Shown piece by piece: positions 26,803 through 36,188 of a DNA stretch of 45,402 nucleotides. The DNA is from a virus (lineage: Duplodnaviria; Caudoviricetes): positions 1 through 45,402 of IMG/VR virus record IMGVR_UViG_3300046396_000018. One strand, written 5' to 3'. The first letter of the stretch is position 1; every line of letters starts with the position of its first letter. A program made the position numbers and the translations under genes. The notes under the pieces were generated by a model. It ran no database searches and had not been told where the DNA came from. It saw nothing but the letters and a program-made list of their open reading frames with translations.

Positions 26803-26874
26803 AATAATCAATATAGTGCGCCAACGGCCAGTTGTACATATCTCCCTTCCTTTACCTATACAGAGGTATAACAC

Positions 26875-27387
26875 ATGAGTATCAATAGCGTGACCCAGAC
26901 CGCCGGGATGGTGGCGCGAGACGAGCTTCGCATCGCGCACAACCAACTGGCAATCCTGACGGCCAATGCCTCCTTCTCTAGTGCGGCGATCGCGACGGCG
27001 ACGGTGACGTCACAGGTCAAGACGACAGCCACTCTGACCTACTTGATTGATGGGGCCTTCCAGACCGCGATCACGGCCACGGACAACTTCTGGACGTTGG
27101 CTGGTACCACGGTGGCAGTCGCATCGTGGCAGAAGTATCTCCTGTTCGTGAATAGCGCTGGGGCAGCCAGCGTACTCCAAGGGACCCAGTCGACCGTGTC
27201 TGCCGCGGCGGTCGCCCTTCCGTACATGCCCCAGAGTCTGTGTTTGGTTGGGGTGTTAACGGTGGCCACCGATGCGACGCACACGTTCATTCCGGGCACG
27301 ACCTTGCTCGGCGCGGCGGGGATTACCGCGACCTACGTGAACGGCGTGGATCCCAGTTTGATTACCGTCATCAAGATTGGCCAGTAG
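26875..27387 (+). CDS. Probable capsid decoration/minor head protein
   Basis: Ala/Thr-rich beta protein following the capsid gene; GAGG RBS. Confidence 0.55.
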   Translation: MSINSVTQTAGMVARDELRIAHNQLAILTANASFSSAAIATATVTSQVKTTATLTYLIDGAFQTAITATDNFWTLAGTTVAVASWQKYLLFVNSAGAASVLQGTQSTVSAAAVALPYMPQSLCLVGVLTVATDATHTFIPGTTLLGAAGITATYVNGVDPSLITVIKIGQ

Positions 27388-27399
27388 TCTGATTCCATC

Positions 27400-27441
27400 G
27401 CTCCTGGGTGGGTCAGACCGCTCAGGGGCACTCTCTCTTCT
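27400..27441 (+). terminator. Hairpin with pyrimidine tail ending the head operon
   Basis: GCTCCTGGGTGG-loop-CCGCTCAGGGGC (with G-U pairs) followed by ACTCTCTCTTCT. Confidence 0.45.
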
Positions 27442-27984
27442 ATGAACACACTCGACGAAACACTCGCCTGGACCGGGCGCTTTAATCGCTCCGCGCCGCA
27501 AGATTGGGAATTAGAAGTCTTGCCGATCGAACTAGCCTTACAGAAGATCGATGCCCGACTCCGGATTGTCTGGAACCCGAAAGCGTTCTTGGCCTGTCCA
27601 GGAGTCCAGGATGTCTACGGCCGCATCACCAAACCGATCGAGTACGCGGGACGGTGGCAAGTGGTGGTGAAAGGGGATCTCGACGGGGAGGACACGATGA
27701 TCTTGCAGTTAGGGTCGGAGTCCGATCCGAAGAAGCCCTACCGAGCGGTGGGGTGGTGGTTGGTGGACTATTTGCAGCAAGTCGACACGGCGAATAAGCA
27801 TCAAGCCGAAATGATGCGACAGATGCTGGACGAGGAGTTTAAAGCCCAGCAGGAACGGAAAGCGGTAGAGCGGGCTGCGCGACTCGAATACCTGACCAAG
27901 TTGTACACCGATCATTGTGGCATCAAAGCGCTGCAATTCACCGGGGCGGCCTTTGCCCCCTCACCGAGTTCCTATGTTGAGTGA
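27442..27984 (+). CDS. Hypothetical morphogenesis protein
   Basis: 180-aa ORF in the structural operon. Confidence 0.65.
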   Translation: MNTLDETLAWTGRFNRSAPQDWELEVLPIELALQKIDARLRIVWNPKAFLACPGVQDVYGRITKPIEYAGRWQVVVKGDLDGEDTMILQLGSESDPKKPYRAVGWWLVDYLQQVDTANKHQAEMMRQMLDEEFKAQQERKAVERAARLEYLTKLYTDHCGIKALQFTGAAFAPSPSSYVE

Positions 27985-28123
27985 TTTTCACGTCCATATC
28001 CTGGACCCGAGCGACAAAGAGAAAGTGCAGGTCATGCCCGGCACGGCGAAAGAGTGCCAGATCTGTACGCCGGTCACCAAGCCCTATAATAAACCCGGTC
28101 CGAAGCCCAAGGAAGCCGCGTAA
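27974..28123 (+). CDS. 49-aa hypothetical protein
   Basis: CQIC, KPGPKPK; tiling. Confidence 0.5.
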   Translation: MLSDFHVHILDPSDKEKVQVMPGTAKECQICTPVTKPYNKPGPKPKEAA

Positions 28124-28127
28124 CTAG

Positions 28128-28961
28128 ATGGCACTCAACGTCACGGTGGCCCAGATCATCGACCAAGCGCGGGTGCAAGATGCGCGCTTTTTTGATGTCT
28201 CGATCCCGGATGGCGCCTTAGTCCTCGAATTGAACCGGACGCAGCGGACGTTGCTCTTGAAGTACGCCGACTCGATCCAAGGACTCTTAGACCAGAGCTT
28301 ACAGGTGGCGGCGCAAGTGAGTGGTAACCTCGTTGGGGTAGATGGATCCGGCAATCCGTACTACCTGACGACCCCAGGGACGGGATGGGCTGTCTCCAAT
28401 GCCGGTACCCCGATCGCGCCCATTCCCTACGTCGATTTCAGCCAGCCACCGATTGCGCTCGATCCCTTTGGACAGAATGGCGGCACACCGGGCTTCCCCT
28501 TACCTCCCGACATCATCAAGATCATCCATGTGGTTGGGGTCTATCAAGATGGGACCTCCTGTGACATCGATGTCATCCCCGAGAAGAGCCGCAATCTGAC
28601 GAATACGCATAATCCTGCGGCCTTCCTCAACGGGAATCGCATGGTGCCAGTCCGTGATGGGAGCCCGTTAGGTCCGACCATCTGGCAGGATCTGTGGAAC
28701 TCGATCACCTCGGTCACGATGACATGGATCGGCGTCCCAACGGTCGCACTCCTCACCGATACCATAGAAATCCCTGTGGTGCTCCACGACGCCTTAGTGA
28801 TGGCGATTGCGAGTCTGTTAGCGCAGGGAGTCTCGGATATGCCGATGGCCGAGAAGGCGGCGTGGGCGACCAAGAAAGTTGATGCGATTAACCAGATTGC
28901 CTTAGCCGGTACCGATATGCTGAACGAATTGATTCAGAACACCGTCCTCTACCGCGAATAG
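28128..28961 (+). CDS. Head-tail adaptor-like protein (copy 1)
   Basis: TVAQIIDQAR...ELNR...LPPDIIKIIHV...IPVVLHDALV. Confidence 0.6.
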   Translation: MALNVTVAQIIDQARVQDARFFDVSIPDGALVLELNRTQRTLLLKYADSIQGLLDQSLQVAAQVSGNLVGVDGSGNPYYLTTPGTGWAVSNAGTPIAPIPYVDFSQPPIALDPFGQNGGTPGFPLPPDIIKIIHVVGVYQDGTSCDIDVIPEKSRNLTNTHNPAAFLNGNRMVPVRDGSPLGPTIWQDLWNSITSVTMTWIGVPTVALLTDTIEIPVVLHDALVMAIASLLAQGVSDMPMAEKAAWATKKVDAINQIALAGTDMLNELIQNTVLYRE

Positions 28962-28964
28962 TAC

Positions 28965-31178
28965 ATGGCCACTCCTGGGAGCACTGCCGCGCCGTATCTC
29001 GCGTATACGACGAATCTGGCGTTAGCGGATCTGGACACCTGGGTGCCCACCTTCAATGTGAGGGGCTATGGCGCGAAGGTCGATGGTGTCACGAATGACA
29101 CGGCTGCGTTTGCTTCAGCCGTAGCGGCGGCCGCGGCGGTCGGAGGGGGGATCGTCCAGTTGGCGGTCGGGACCATGGTGGCCGATCCGCCGAACCCGCT
29201 CCCGGCCAATGTGACGATCCAAGGGATGGGCGCGGGCGTCTCGATCGTGCAAGCGGTCACTGTGAATGGCACATTTGCTGCGACCGATCACTCGAATATC
29301 ACGATTCGGAACCTCTCGTTTATCGGGATTGCGAACAACGGGGCGGTCCATACCAATCCCGCTGTGAGTATCCTCGCCAATACCGTCGATGTCTACAATA
29401 TCGTCGTGGACGGGTGCGCCTTCCATCAAACGATGACGGGCTCAGGCGTGGTGAACATCGTGGGGAACGGGGCCGATGGGGTGAATGCGGGCTTCTGGGT
29501 CCGGCAATGCCGTGTCACCAATTGCGTGGTTGATACCTACTACGACCAAAATCCGGCCAGTCTTGCGGTGGCGTCGTACGGCATCTTTGTGGGATACGGC
29601 GCCTCGGATACCGTCGTAAGTCGCAACACCGTCGATGGCACCTTTGGCAAGCACGGGATTGGGACCATTGGGGACAATCTCCGCATGACGGTCACGGAGA
29701 ACCATGTCTCGAACTGTGGATTCAGTGCCCCGAATACCTACTTCGGCTACGGGATCCTCTGTTATTCTGGGGTCGCGCAACCCTGTCGTGACGCAGTGGT
29801 GAACAATAACACGATCCTCTACACCAATCGGGCCGGGATCTACTTCCAGAGTGTGCAGGGCGGGACCATCCTCGGCAATAGCATCATCAACGCCGACCAA
29901 CATAGTGCAGGGCTCGGCAATATCGGGGTCGGGGCAATCGAGGTCAATAATAGTAATAACGATACCCGCCAAGGGCCGGTGACCATTACGGGGAACAATA
30001 TCGTCAATCCTGGGGTGATCGCGATCTACTTGAATTTGGCGACCTTTGAGTTGGCCGATTGTACCGTGACGGGGAATGCCTGTTATACGACGACCACGGG
30101 CGTCGATTTGCTTGGCGTGGTGCTCGCCGGGCGTGGTGCCACGATTACGGGGAACGTCTTCCGGGGGTTCAGTACGGGACTCTTCCTGTATAATACGGCC
30201 GATAATACGGTCGGGGATGTCGAGTTCTCGGGGAATGATGTCGACATGACGGGTTCAACCGCCAGCGCCGGCGTCACCATCGCGGCGACCCACCGGATGA
30301 CCGGCGTGAGTATCTGTACCAACCGGTTCAAAGGGGGCACGACGGGGATCTCCATCAATTACGCCGCCGATGCGATCCTGAGCAACAATACGTTCAATGG
30401 GATCACCGGGACGAACATCGTCCTCACCACGATCTTCGGCGTGGTGTCTGGGAACATCTCCGATGGAGGGACGGTCGGCTGTGCGCTCACTTGTTTGACC
30501 GCCACGGCGATGGCGCGTATCATTGTGGCGAGCAATGTCATGACGCCCGCAACGACCCCGTTCACCCTGACGCCGAATACCGGGCAGATTCTGACCGGGG
30601 TGAACGATTCCGGAACATTGAGTGGCACTCTCTCGACCGCGGCCCAGCCGAATATCACGTCACTGGCTGGACTCACGACGATCGGCGCGGCCCTCGGCAT
30701 GGCCGGATCCCCCACGAACGGCATCCAAACGACGTTCGGATCGAGTACGACGATCTCGGCGGTTGGCACGCGATACTCGGGTGGCGATGCCTATCTGGTG
30801 CAGAATGCCACCCAGGCGATTGGCTCGGATCTCTGGACCCAGAGCCTCACCTCGGCCGCGTCGAAGCTCTTGATCCTCCGATTAAATGGGGCGATGGAAT
30901 TCTATAGTGCGCCCAGTAGTACGGCGGCGGCGACCTTCGCCACGTTCTGGGGCACGCCGGTCTTCAGTGTGAGTGCCGCCGGTGCCCTCGTCGCAGCGGG
31001 AGGGTTCGGCGTGAATGGTGCGACCGCCCAGACGCCATTTGCCTCGGGTGGCGCGGCCCCAGCAGGTGGGGTGGGGACGGCGGCGGGGGGATGGGATACC
31101 TCGGCCCATCGTGACGCCGCGATCACCTTAATCAACAACATGCGGACCGCGTTAATCAACGCGGGGTTGATGAGTTAA
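28965..31178 (+). CDS. Tailspike with right-handed parallel beta-helix (pectate-lyase-like depolymerase)
   Basis: FNVRGYGAKVDGVTNDTAAF..A...GGGIV; many I.GN.I / N.. ladders. Confidence 0.9.
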   Translation: MATPGSTAAPYLAYTTNLALADLDTWVPTFNVRGYGAKVDGVTNDTAAFASAVAAAAAVGGGIVQLAVGTMVADPPNPLPANVTIQGMGAGVSIVQAVTVNGTFAATDHSNITIRNLSFIGIANNGAVHTNPAVSILANTVDVYNIVVDGCAFHQTMTGSGVVNIVGNGADGVNAGFWVRQCRVTNCVVDTYYDQNPASLAVASYGIFVGYGASDTVVSRNTVDGTFGKHGIGTIGDNLRMTVTENHVSNCGFSAPNTYFGYGILCYSGVAQPCRDAVVNNNTILYTNRAGIYFQSVQGGTILGNSIINADQHSAGLGNIGVGAIEVNNSNNDTRQGPVTITGNNIVNPGVIAIYLNLATFELADCTVTGNACYTTTTGVDLLGVVLAGRGATITGNVFRGFSTGLFLYNTADNTVGDVEFSGNDVDMTGSTASAGVTIAATHRMTGVSICTNRFKGGTTGISINYAADAILSNNTFNGITGTNIVLTTIFGVVSGNISDGGTVGCALTCLTATAMARIIVASNVMTPATTPFTLTPNTGQILTGVNDSGTLSGTLSTAAQPNITSLAGLTTIGAALGMAGSPTNGIQTTFGSSTTISAVGTRYSGGDAYLVQNATQAIGSDLWTQSLTSAASKLLILRLNGAMEFYSAPSSTAAATFATFWGTPVFSVSAAGALVAAGGFGVNGATAQTPFASGGAAPAGGVGTAAGGWDTSAHRDAAITLINNMRTALINAGLMS

Positions 31179-31813
31179 TGGCGATCGTTCAGGACATCGT
31201 CGAAGCGGCGTACGCTGCAAGTACGGCGAACGACCCCGGCAAACTTGCCTTAGACAATGAGTTATACAACCATCTCAATCGGTCCTTCCAGCTCCGCTAC
31301 GCCCAGTGGACCCAACCGGCTGGTGATGCGGCCCATACGCAGATTAGCCTCACCTTTAGCGGGACGCCAGCCAGCGTGACTCTCCCGACCGACATCATCG
31401 AGATCGACCGCGTGGAGATCAACGGCACAAAAGGGTATGTCATTCCGGTGCATGAGAAGGAACGGGGCTGGAACTTGGCCCCCGCGATGTACCGCCAAGG
31501 GCTCTCGCTCATCAGCCGGAACAAAGTGGGTGACCCAGTGAATGGCACACCCATTACATTGTGGATCGATGATGCCCCAGCCACGTTGTCGAGTCTATCG
31601 TCCGTGATTGATATCCGCTTCCCGGTGCGATTCCATAAGCTCTTGATTCTGGACTTAGCGCTCTATCTCGATACCAAGGATGAGGGCCGTGATCCCGCCG
31701 AACATCAGAAATTGATGGACCAATATGAGCATGAAGAAGCGATGTTTGGCGCAGTGCTCTCAATCACCGATCCGGTGAAACGGGAACAAGTGACCCGACA
31801 GAACCTCATTTGA
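31178..31813 (+). CDS. Head-tail adaptor/tail tubular A-like protein (copy 2)
   Basis: IVQDIVEAA...ELYNHLNR...LPTDIIEIDRV...FPVRFHKLLIL. Confidence 0.6.
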   Translation: MAIVQDIVEAAYAASTANDPGKLALDNELYNHLNRSFQLRYAQWTQPAGDAAHTQISLTFSGTPASVTLPTDIIEIDRVEINGTKGYVIPVHEKERGWNLAPAMYRQGLSLISRNKVGDPVNGTPITLWIDDAPATLSSLSSVIDIRFPVRFHKLLILDLALYLDTKDEGRDPAEHQKLMDQYEHEEAMFGAVLSITDPVKREQVTRQNLI

Positions 31814-31814
31814 T

Positions 31815-33845
31815 GTGTCGATTCGTTCACGACTCTGGCGCTGGCTCGCACGTCGGTTGGGGTTCCCGATGAGTGTCCTGCACGTCCCGACGTTCGGTGG
31901 TGGGGTGGTCTTGGCGGGCTCCAGCGACGCCCAAGCCAGTAACGAGATCATCCAAGGGGATAACGTCGATATCGGCTCACGCGGGCAACTGGTAACGACG
32001 GGGGGTATCTCTCCCTATGGGATGCAACTGAATGATGGCCAAGGCACCCCGCAGCCGGTCACCCAAGTGTATGGCCTCGGTCCTGCCTCCTTCGCGCAGA
32101 ACGTCCAAGCGTTTGCGGTCTCTGGGGGCCTGAATGGCAGTGCCGTGGCGCAGTATTACTGCCACGTCTTCTCGCCGGGCTTCACCGCGAATGGCATGGC
32201 GGCCACCTTAGGGTCGGTAGGGACCACGCGTAGTATCAACGGGGCCGTGGTCACGTTCGCCCCCTTCCCCTACGTCGATACGGCGGGCGTCCAGCGGCGG
32301 CCGCTCTTTTTCAATGTCGGCGCCCGGTCCATGGACCAACCCAGGACGGCGCCCGGTCTCTATGTCGCCTCCTTCTCGTTGGGCGGGGGTGGATTGTATA
32401 CGCAATCCCCCATCTCCACCTATTGTGCGCTCGGGACGGGGACGAGTGCCAATGTGACCGGCCAGCCTGGGGATTCTGGGGTGGTTGGGACCCACGGCCA
32501 ACAGCTCTTCTTCCGCGGGATCTGCGCCTACAATAACGCGCTCTTCGGCTTCGGCTTTAATAATGGCGATGCCACGAATGGGGACGGACCGAGTCACTTG
32601 ATGTTCAGTAACATCGGGAACCCTTATTTCTGGGGTAATGATAATCTCGCGGCGGTAGGCACGAATCGACTCTTTAGCGATACCGACGGCATCGATGTGG
32701 GGGCGGCGGGCGAAGTCATTACCGCGCTCTGCTCGTCCCATGGCAAGCTCTATATCGCGACCAACCGAGGATTGCACTACCTCTCGGGCTACGGCCGGGA
32801 TTCGTGGCAGACGGACGGGACGACCGGCATTGCCCAAAGCCTGGATGTGATCGGTCCCAACGCTATGATCGAAGGGCCGGATGGACTCCTCTATGGGGTT
32901 TCCTCGCGTGGGCTCTGGCGGCTGAATACGCTATCCTACTTCACTGTCCCGGTCGAGCACCTCTATCGGAAGTTGGTCAAGTTCGACGGGACGAGTCCGG
33001 GGTATTGGGATCTGATCTCGACGAATCCCACCGCGTCTCCCGGCTATCCTGGTACGACGAATAGTGACTTAGTCTGGATGTACAGTGATGTGACCAATAT
33101 GCAGGTGGGTATCGTCATCCCCTTCACGAACTTCGACGGGTCGGGGAATGGGACGGTCATCATTAAGTACCACACCGAAAGCGGGGGCTTTACTCGGCAA
33201 GTGATCTCCCCTAACAACATCTCGTTTACCGCTGGGGCGTCCTTCCGGCGGAGTCCCACCTCAGCGGCGGTCACCGTCTTTGGTGACTCGGGGAGTGGGA
33301 ATGGCTTGACAGTCCGGCAGTATCCCCCCTTGAATCCCGCGAATACCGCGACCACCGGGAATATCACCTTCGGGGAATACGCCCCATTTGGCCCAGACGG
33401 GGAAGGCGTCTGTCGGATCTGTTACTTAGTGCTCTCCTGGGTGAGTGATGCGCTCCCGATTACCGGCACGATCACCCCGTCCGTCGATCAACGCGTGTTC
33501 CCGACCGTCAATCTAACGATCAGCCCGACACAGCCTGGAAGCCCCCTAGACGGCGATTTGTGGGTCGATACCTCAGGGATGGACCCCAACCTCGGGAACG
33601 CTACGTCAGGGACGATTGTGGTGGCCTTGAATGACTATCTGGTGAAGCTCTGGAAAGCGTCGTGGAGTCAGTGGGTCATTTTACCACGCTCAGGCGGCGC
33701 GAAAGGATCCCGGAATGGCATCCCGATCGCCTTCACGGCCCAGCGTGGGACGCGGGTCAAGATCGCGTTGACCTTGAGTGCGGCGGATAAGGTCCAGGTA
33801 GAGGGGCTCGGACTTGAGCCGAGTGTGGTGAGGCAAGCCGCCTAA
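31815..33845 (+). CDS. Tail nozzle/head-stabilisation protein (beta-propeller, P22 gp10/T7 gp12-like); start may be 31869
   Basis: TFGGG N-terminus, LMFSNIGNPYFW, ITAL...KLYIATNRGL, YGVSSRGLW blades. Confidence 0.7.
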   Translation: MSIRSRLWRWLARRLGFPMSVLHVPTFGGGVVLAGSSDAQASNEIIQGDNVDIGSRGQLVTTGGISPYGMQLNDGQGTPQPVTQVYGLGPASFAQNVQAFAVSGGLNGSAVAQYYCHVFSPGFTANGMAATLGSVGTTRSINGAVVTFAPFPYVDTAGVQRRPLFFNVGARSMDQPRTAPGLYVASFSLGGGGLYTQSPISTYCALGTGTSANVTGQPGDSGVVGTHGQQLFFRGICAYNNALFGFGFNNGDATNGDGPSHLMFSNIGNPYFWGNDNLAAVGTNRLFSDTDGIDVGAAGEVITALCSSHGKLYIATNRGLHYLSGYGRDSWQTDGTTGIAQSLDVIGPNAMIEGPDGLLYGVSSRGLWRLNTLSYFTVPVEHLYRKLVKFDGTSPGYWDLISTNPTASPGYPGTTNSDLVWMYSDVTNMQVGIVIPFTNFDGSGNGTVIIKYHTESGGFTRQVISPNNISFTAGASFRRSPTSAAVTVFGDSGSGNGLTVRQYPPLNPANTATTGNITFGEYAPFGPDGEGVCRICYLVLSWVSDALPITGTITPSVDQRVFPTVNLTISPTQPGSPLDGDLWVDTSGMDPNLGNATSGTIVVALNDYLVKLWKASWSQWVILPRSGGAKGSRNGIPIAFTAQRGTRVKIALTLSAADKVQVEGLGLEPSVVRQAA

Positions 33846-34147
33846 TGGCTACCGCGCCCAGCACGATCCCTATTGGGGGGAAGATCGGTGATGATGACCA
33901 ACAGGCCTGGCAACGCACCCACCAGCACTATACGACTACCGCGGTGGGGGACGGCGCGACGGTACTCTTCCCCTTACCCAAGACGCCCTCGAATGCCTCC
34001 CAACTCATGGTCTATGTGTCTGGGCTCAGAATGACGGCCAGTAACAGGGGAACCGCAAATGACTACACGATCAAAGGCTCAACGATTGTCTTTGCGGTGG
34101 CGCCCGCCATGAGTGCGCCGATCACCTTCGACCTGATTTCGAGCTGA
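33845..34147 (+). CDS. Small tail-associated beta protein
   Basis: GDGATVLFPL...VYVSGLR...DYTI.G..IVF..AP. Confidence 0.65.
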   Translation: MATAPSTIPIGGKIGDDDQQAWQRTHQHYTTTAVGDGATVLFPLPKTPSNASQLMVYVSGLRMTASNRGTANDYTIKGSTIVFAVAPAMSAPITFDLISS

Positions 34148-34148
34148 T

Positions 34149-34859
34149 ATGGGCTGGGGATGGTTGAATCCGATTGCCGATGCCGCTGGGTTAGTCGGTG
34201 GCGTTGCTAAAGTCATCCAAGGCAATCAGACCAAGCAGCGCAATAAAGGACTGATTAGTCAAGCCTATCGCCAGAACGTCGCGCAAGCGAATCTCCAACA
34301 AGCGAACACCCGCGAAGGACTTAACGAATCGCTCAACGCGAGAGGGGTGCTCAGTCCCGGTGCGGGCAGTGTCAACCCAAGCTCTATTACACAAGCGGTT
34401 GCGGCATCCGGTGGCAAAGGCGGTGGTGGTGGTATTACTGCATATCTCCCGCCAGCGAGTGCGGGGTCGGTCGGGGCAGCGAACACGTTAGCTGGGGGCG
34501 AAAACGCCCAGATGAGCGACCAATTCGCCCTCGAAGACAAAGCTAATAAGAGTGCGGAAACAGCAGCGTTGAACGCGAACAATACGGCCTACCTTGATAC
34601 GATTGGTGGGGCAGTGGCCCAAGGCGTAGGCACCGCTGCAAACATTGCCTCAGGGATGGGGGCCGGGAATACCGCCGCGACGATTGCGGCCGCCACGCAA
34701 CAACCCGGTGCCTTACCGACTGCCAGTGGCCCGACCATCGCGGATAATAGTCAGATGACCGGAGCCTACGGAATGCCAGTCAATCATAGCTTTTTCGGTG
34801 GTGGGACCACGATCGGGAATGGCCAGCCCAATTATTCATTTTCCTCAGGGGCATCCTAA
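34149..34859 (+). CDS. Probable ejection/pilot protein 1
   Basis: Gly/Ala-rich amphipathic protein after the nozzle. Confidence 0.6.
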   Translation: MGWGWLNPIADAAGLVGGVAKVIQGNQTKQRNKGLISQAYRQNVAQANLQQANTREGLNESLNARGVLSPGAGSVNPSSITQAVAASGGKGGGGGITAYLPPASAGSVGAANTLAGGENAQMSDQFALEDKANKSAETAALNANNTAYLDTIGGAVAQGVGTAANIASGMGAGNTAATIAAATQQPGALPTASGPTIADNSQMTGAYGMPVNHSFFGGGTTIGNGQPNYSFSSGAS

Positions 34860-36188
34860 GTGCCGAATTATATTGCTCGGGATCTCGGCGGGGTGGGTGG
34901 GTCTGGGGTGTACCCGAATACGCGCCCAGAGATCAACATTGGTGATACCATCGCATCTGTGTCCGGGGCTTTCAACCAGACCAAGCAAGGCGTCTTACAA
35001 CGGGCCATGTTGCAAGCCCAGAACGCGAGAGCCCAGCAAGAGTCTTCCATTCAGGCGGCGACCGCGGCCCAGGGCGGTGTGATGCCGACGGCCGTAGCGC
35101 ACAAATACGTCACGGACTATAACACCAAGAACGCGCCGCCCGAGACCCAGGCAAGTCCGTCGGTGTTGCAGGTTCCCCCCTCGCCATCGGTACCCGGTGT
35201 CGGAGGGCTGCCATCACCAGGACGTATTCTGCCCATCAATGCGCCACCGCAGGCCCCCCCCAATACGCAGATGGCTCCCGCTTCGATCACGCCGGGTGGG
35301 GCACCCATGCAGATTCAAAGCGGCCCGATCGCGACCCCGACTGGTACGCCCGCCACGGGCACGGGTACCATCCCGAGTACGGGCGTAACGCCAGAGAGTG
35401 GCGGCACGCAGGACTGGCGGCACTACTTCGCGAAGCCGAGCAAGTTGAGTGTCATTGATCTCCCCAATGGCTATTCCGTCATCCCAGAACTCAACCCCCA
35501 ATACCAACAGCGGATGATCTCGGAAGGCCGGATCGCGGAGATGTATGGGGGACGAGAGTTAACGGCGGGGGCGCATTTGCAGGGGATCGGTATGCAACAG
35601 GAAGGAGCTGGGAACCGGGAAGCGTCCCGCGAGACCAGCCAGAAGGATCTGGTCGACGAGCGCGGGAAACTATCGCTCCAACAGATCGCGGCCCGTGGGC
35701 ATACGCAAATGAGCATCGCGCAGTATCGCGCGGGACTCAAGGCCGACCCCAAGGATATGACCCCGCTCCAGCGCGCGACCCTCTACCAGAAGATCGGTCA
35801 GATGTATGTGGGGGGCGCGAATGGCGATCCGGATGAAGCGATGGCCACCGCCCAACATGACCCTCACCTGAAAGAGTTTGGCGTCACCCCTGACCAGATT
35901 CAAGGCTACATCGGCGCAGCGGCCATGGCCGTGAAACAGAAACAGGATGCCGGAGACACCAAAGGGGCGTTACAACTCTTAGGGTCGTACGCCGCTGGCA
36001 CCCCAGAAGAGGCCGCCGCGAAAGTCAAACAGACCCACCACGCGGTCGCTGGGGAGGGCGGAGCGGCACATGGTCCTCCCGCTGGGGCGAGTGATGCCGA
36101 TGCGTGGGAGTATTATCGGGAGCATGGTATGGACGCGGCCGCCGCGACGGCCGCCGTGAAGAAACACCATCAGGGTGGTGGGACGTAA
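34860..36188 (+). CDS. Probable ejection protein 2
   Basis: Gln/Ala helical segments with Pro-rich linker; position. Confidence 0.6.
   Translation: MPNYIARDLGGVGGSGVYPNTRPEINIGDTIASVSGAFNQTKQGVLQRAMLQAQNARAQQESSIQAATAAQGGVMPTAVAHKYVTDYNTKNAPPETQASPSVLQVPPSPSVPGVGGLPSPGRILPINAPPQAPPNTQMAPASITPGGAPMQIQSGPIATPTGTPATGTGTIPSTGVTPESGGTQDWRHYFAKPSKLSVIDLPNGYSVIPELNPQYQQRMISEGRIAEMYGGRELTAGAHLQGIGMQQEGAGNREASRETSQKDLVDERGKLSLQQIAARGHTQMSIAQYRAGLKADPKDMTPLQRATLYQKIGQMYVGGANGDPDEAMATAQHDPHLKEFGVTPDQIQGYIGAAAMAVKQKQDAGDTKGALQLLGSYAAGTPEEAAAKVKQTHHAVAGEGGAAHGPPAGASDADAWEYYREHGMDAAAATAAVKKHHQGGGT

Noticed and set aside
26218-26871. 217-aa + ORF exactly spanning the HNH gene (possible anti-polarity filler or intron)
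   Set aside because: In-register antisense shadow, common in GC-rich genes; the capsid gene ends normally and no intron core is visible
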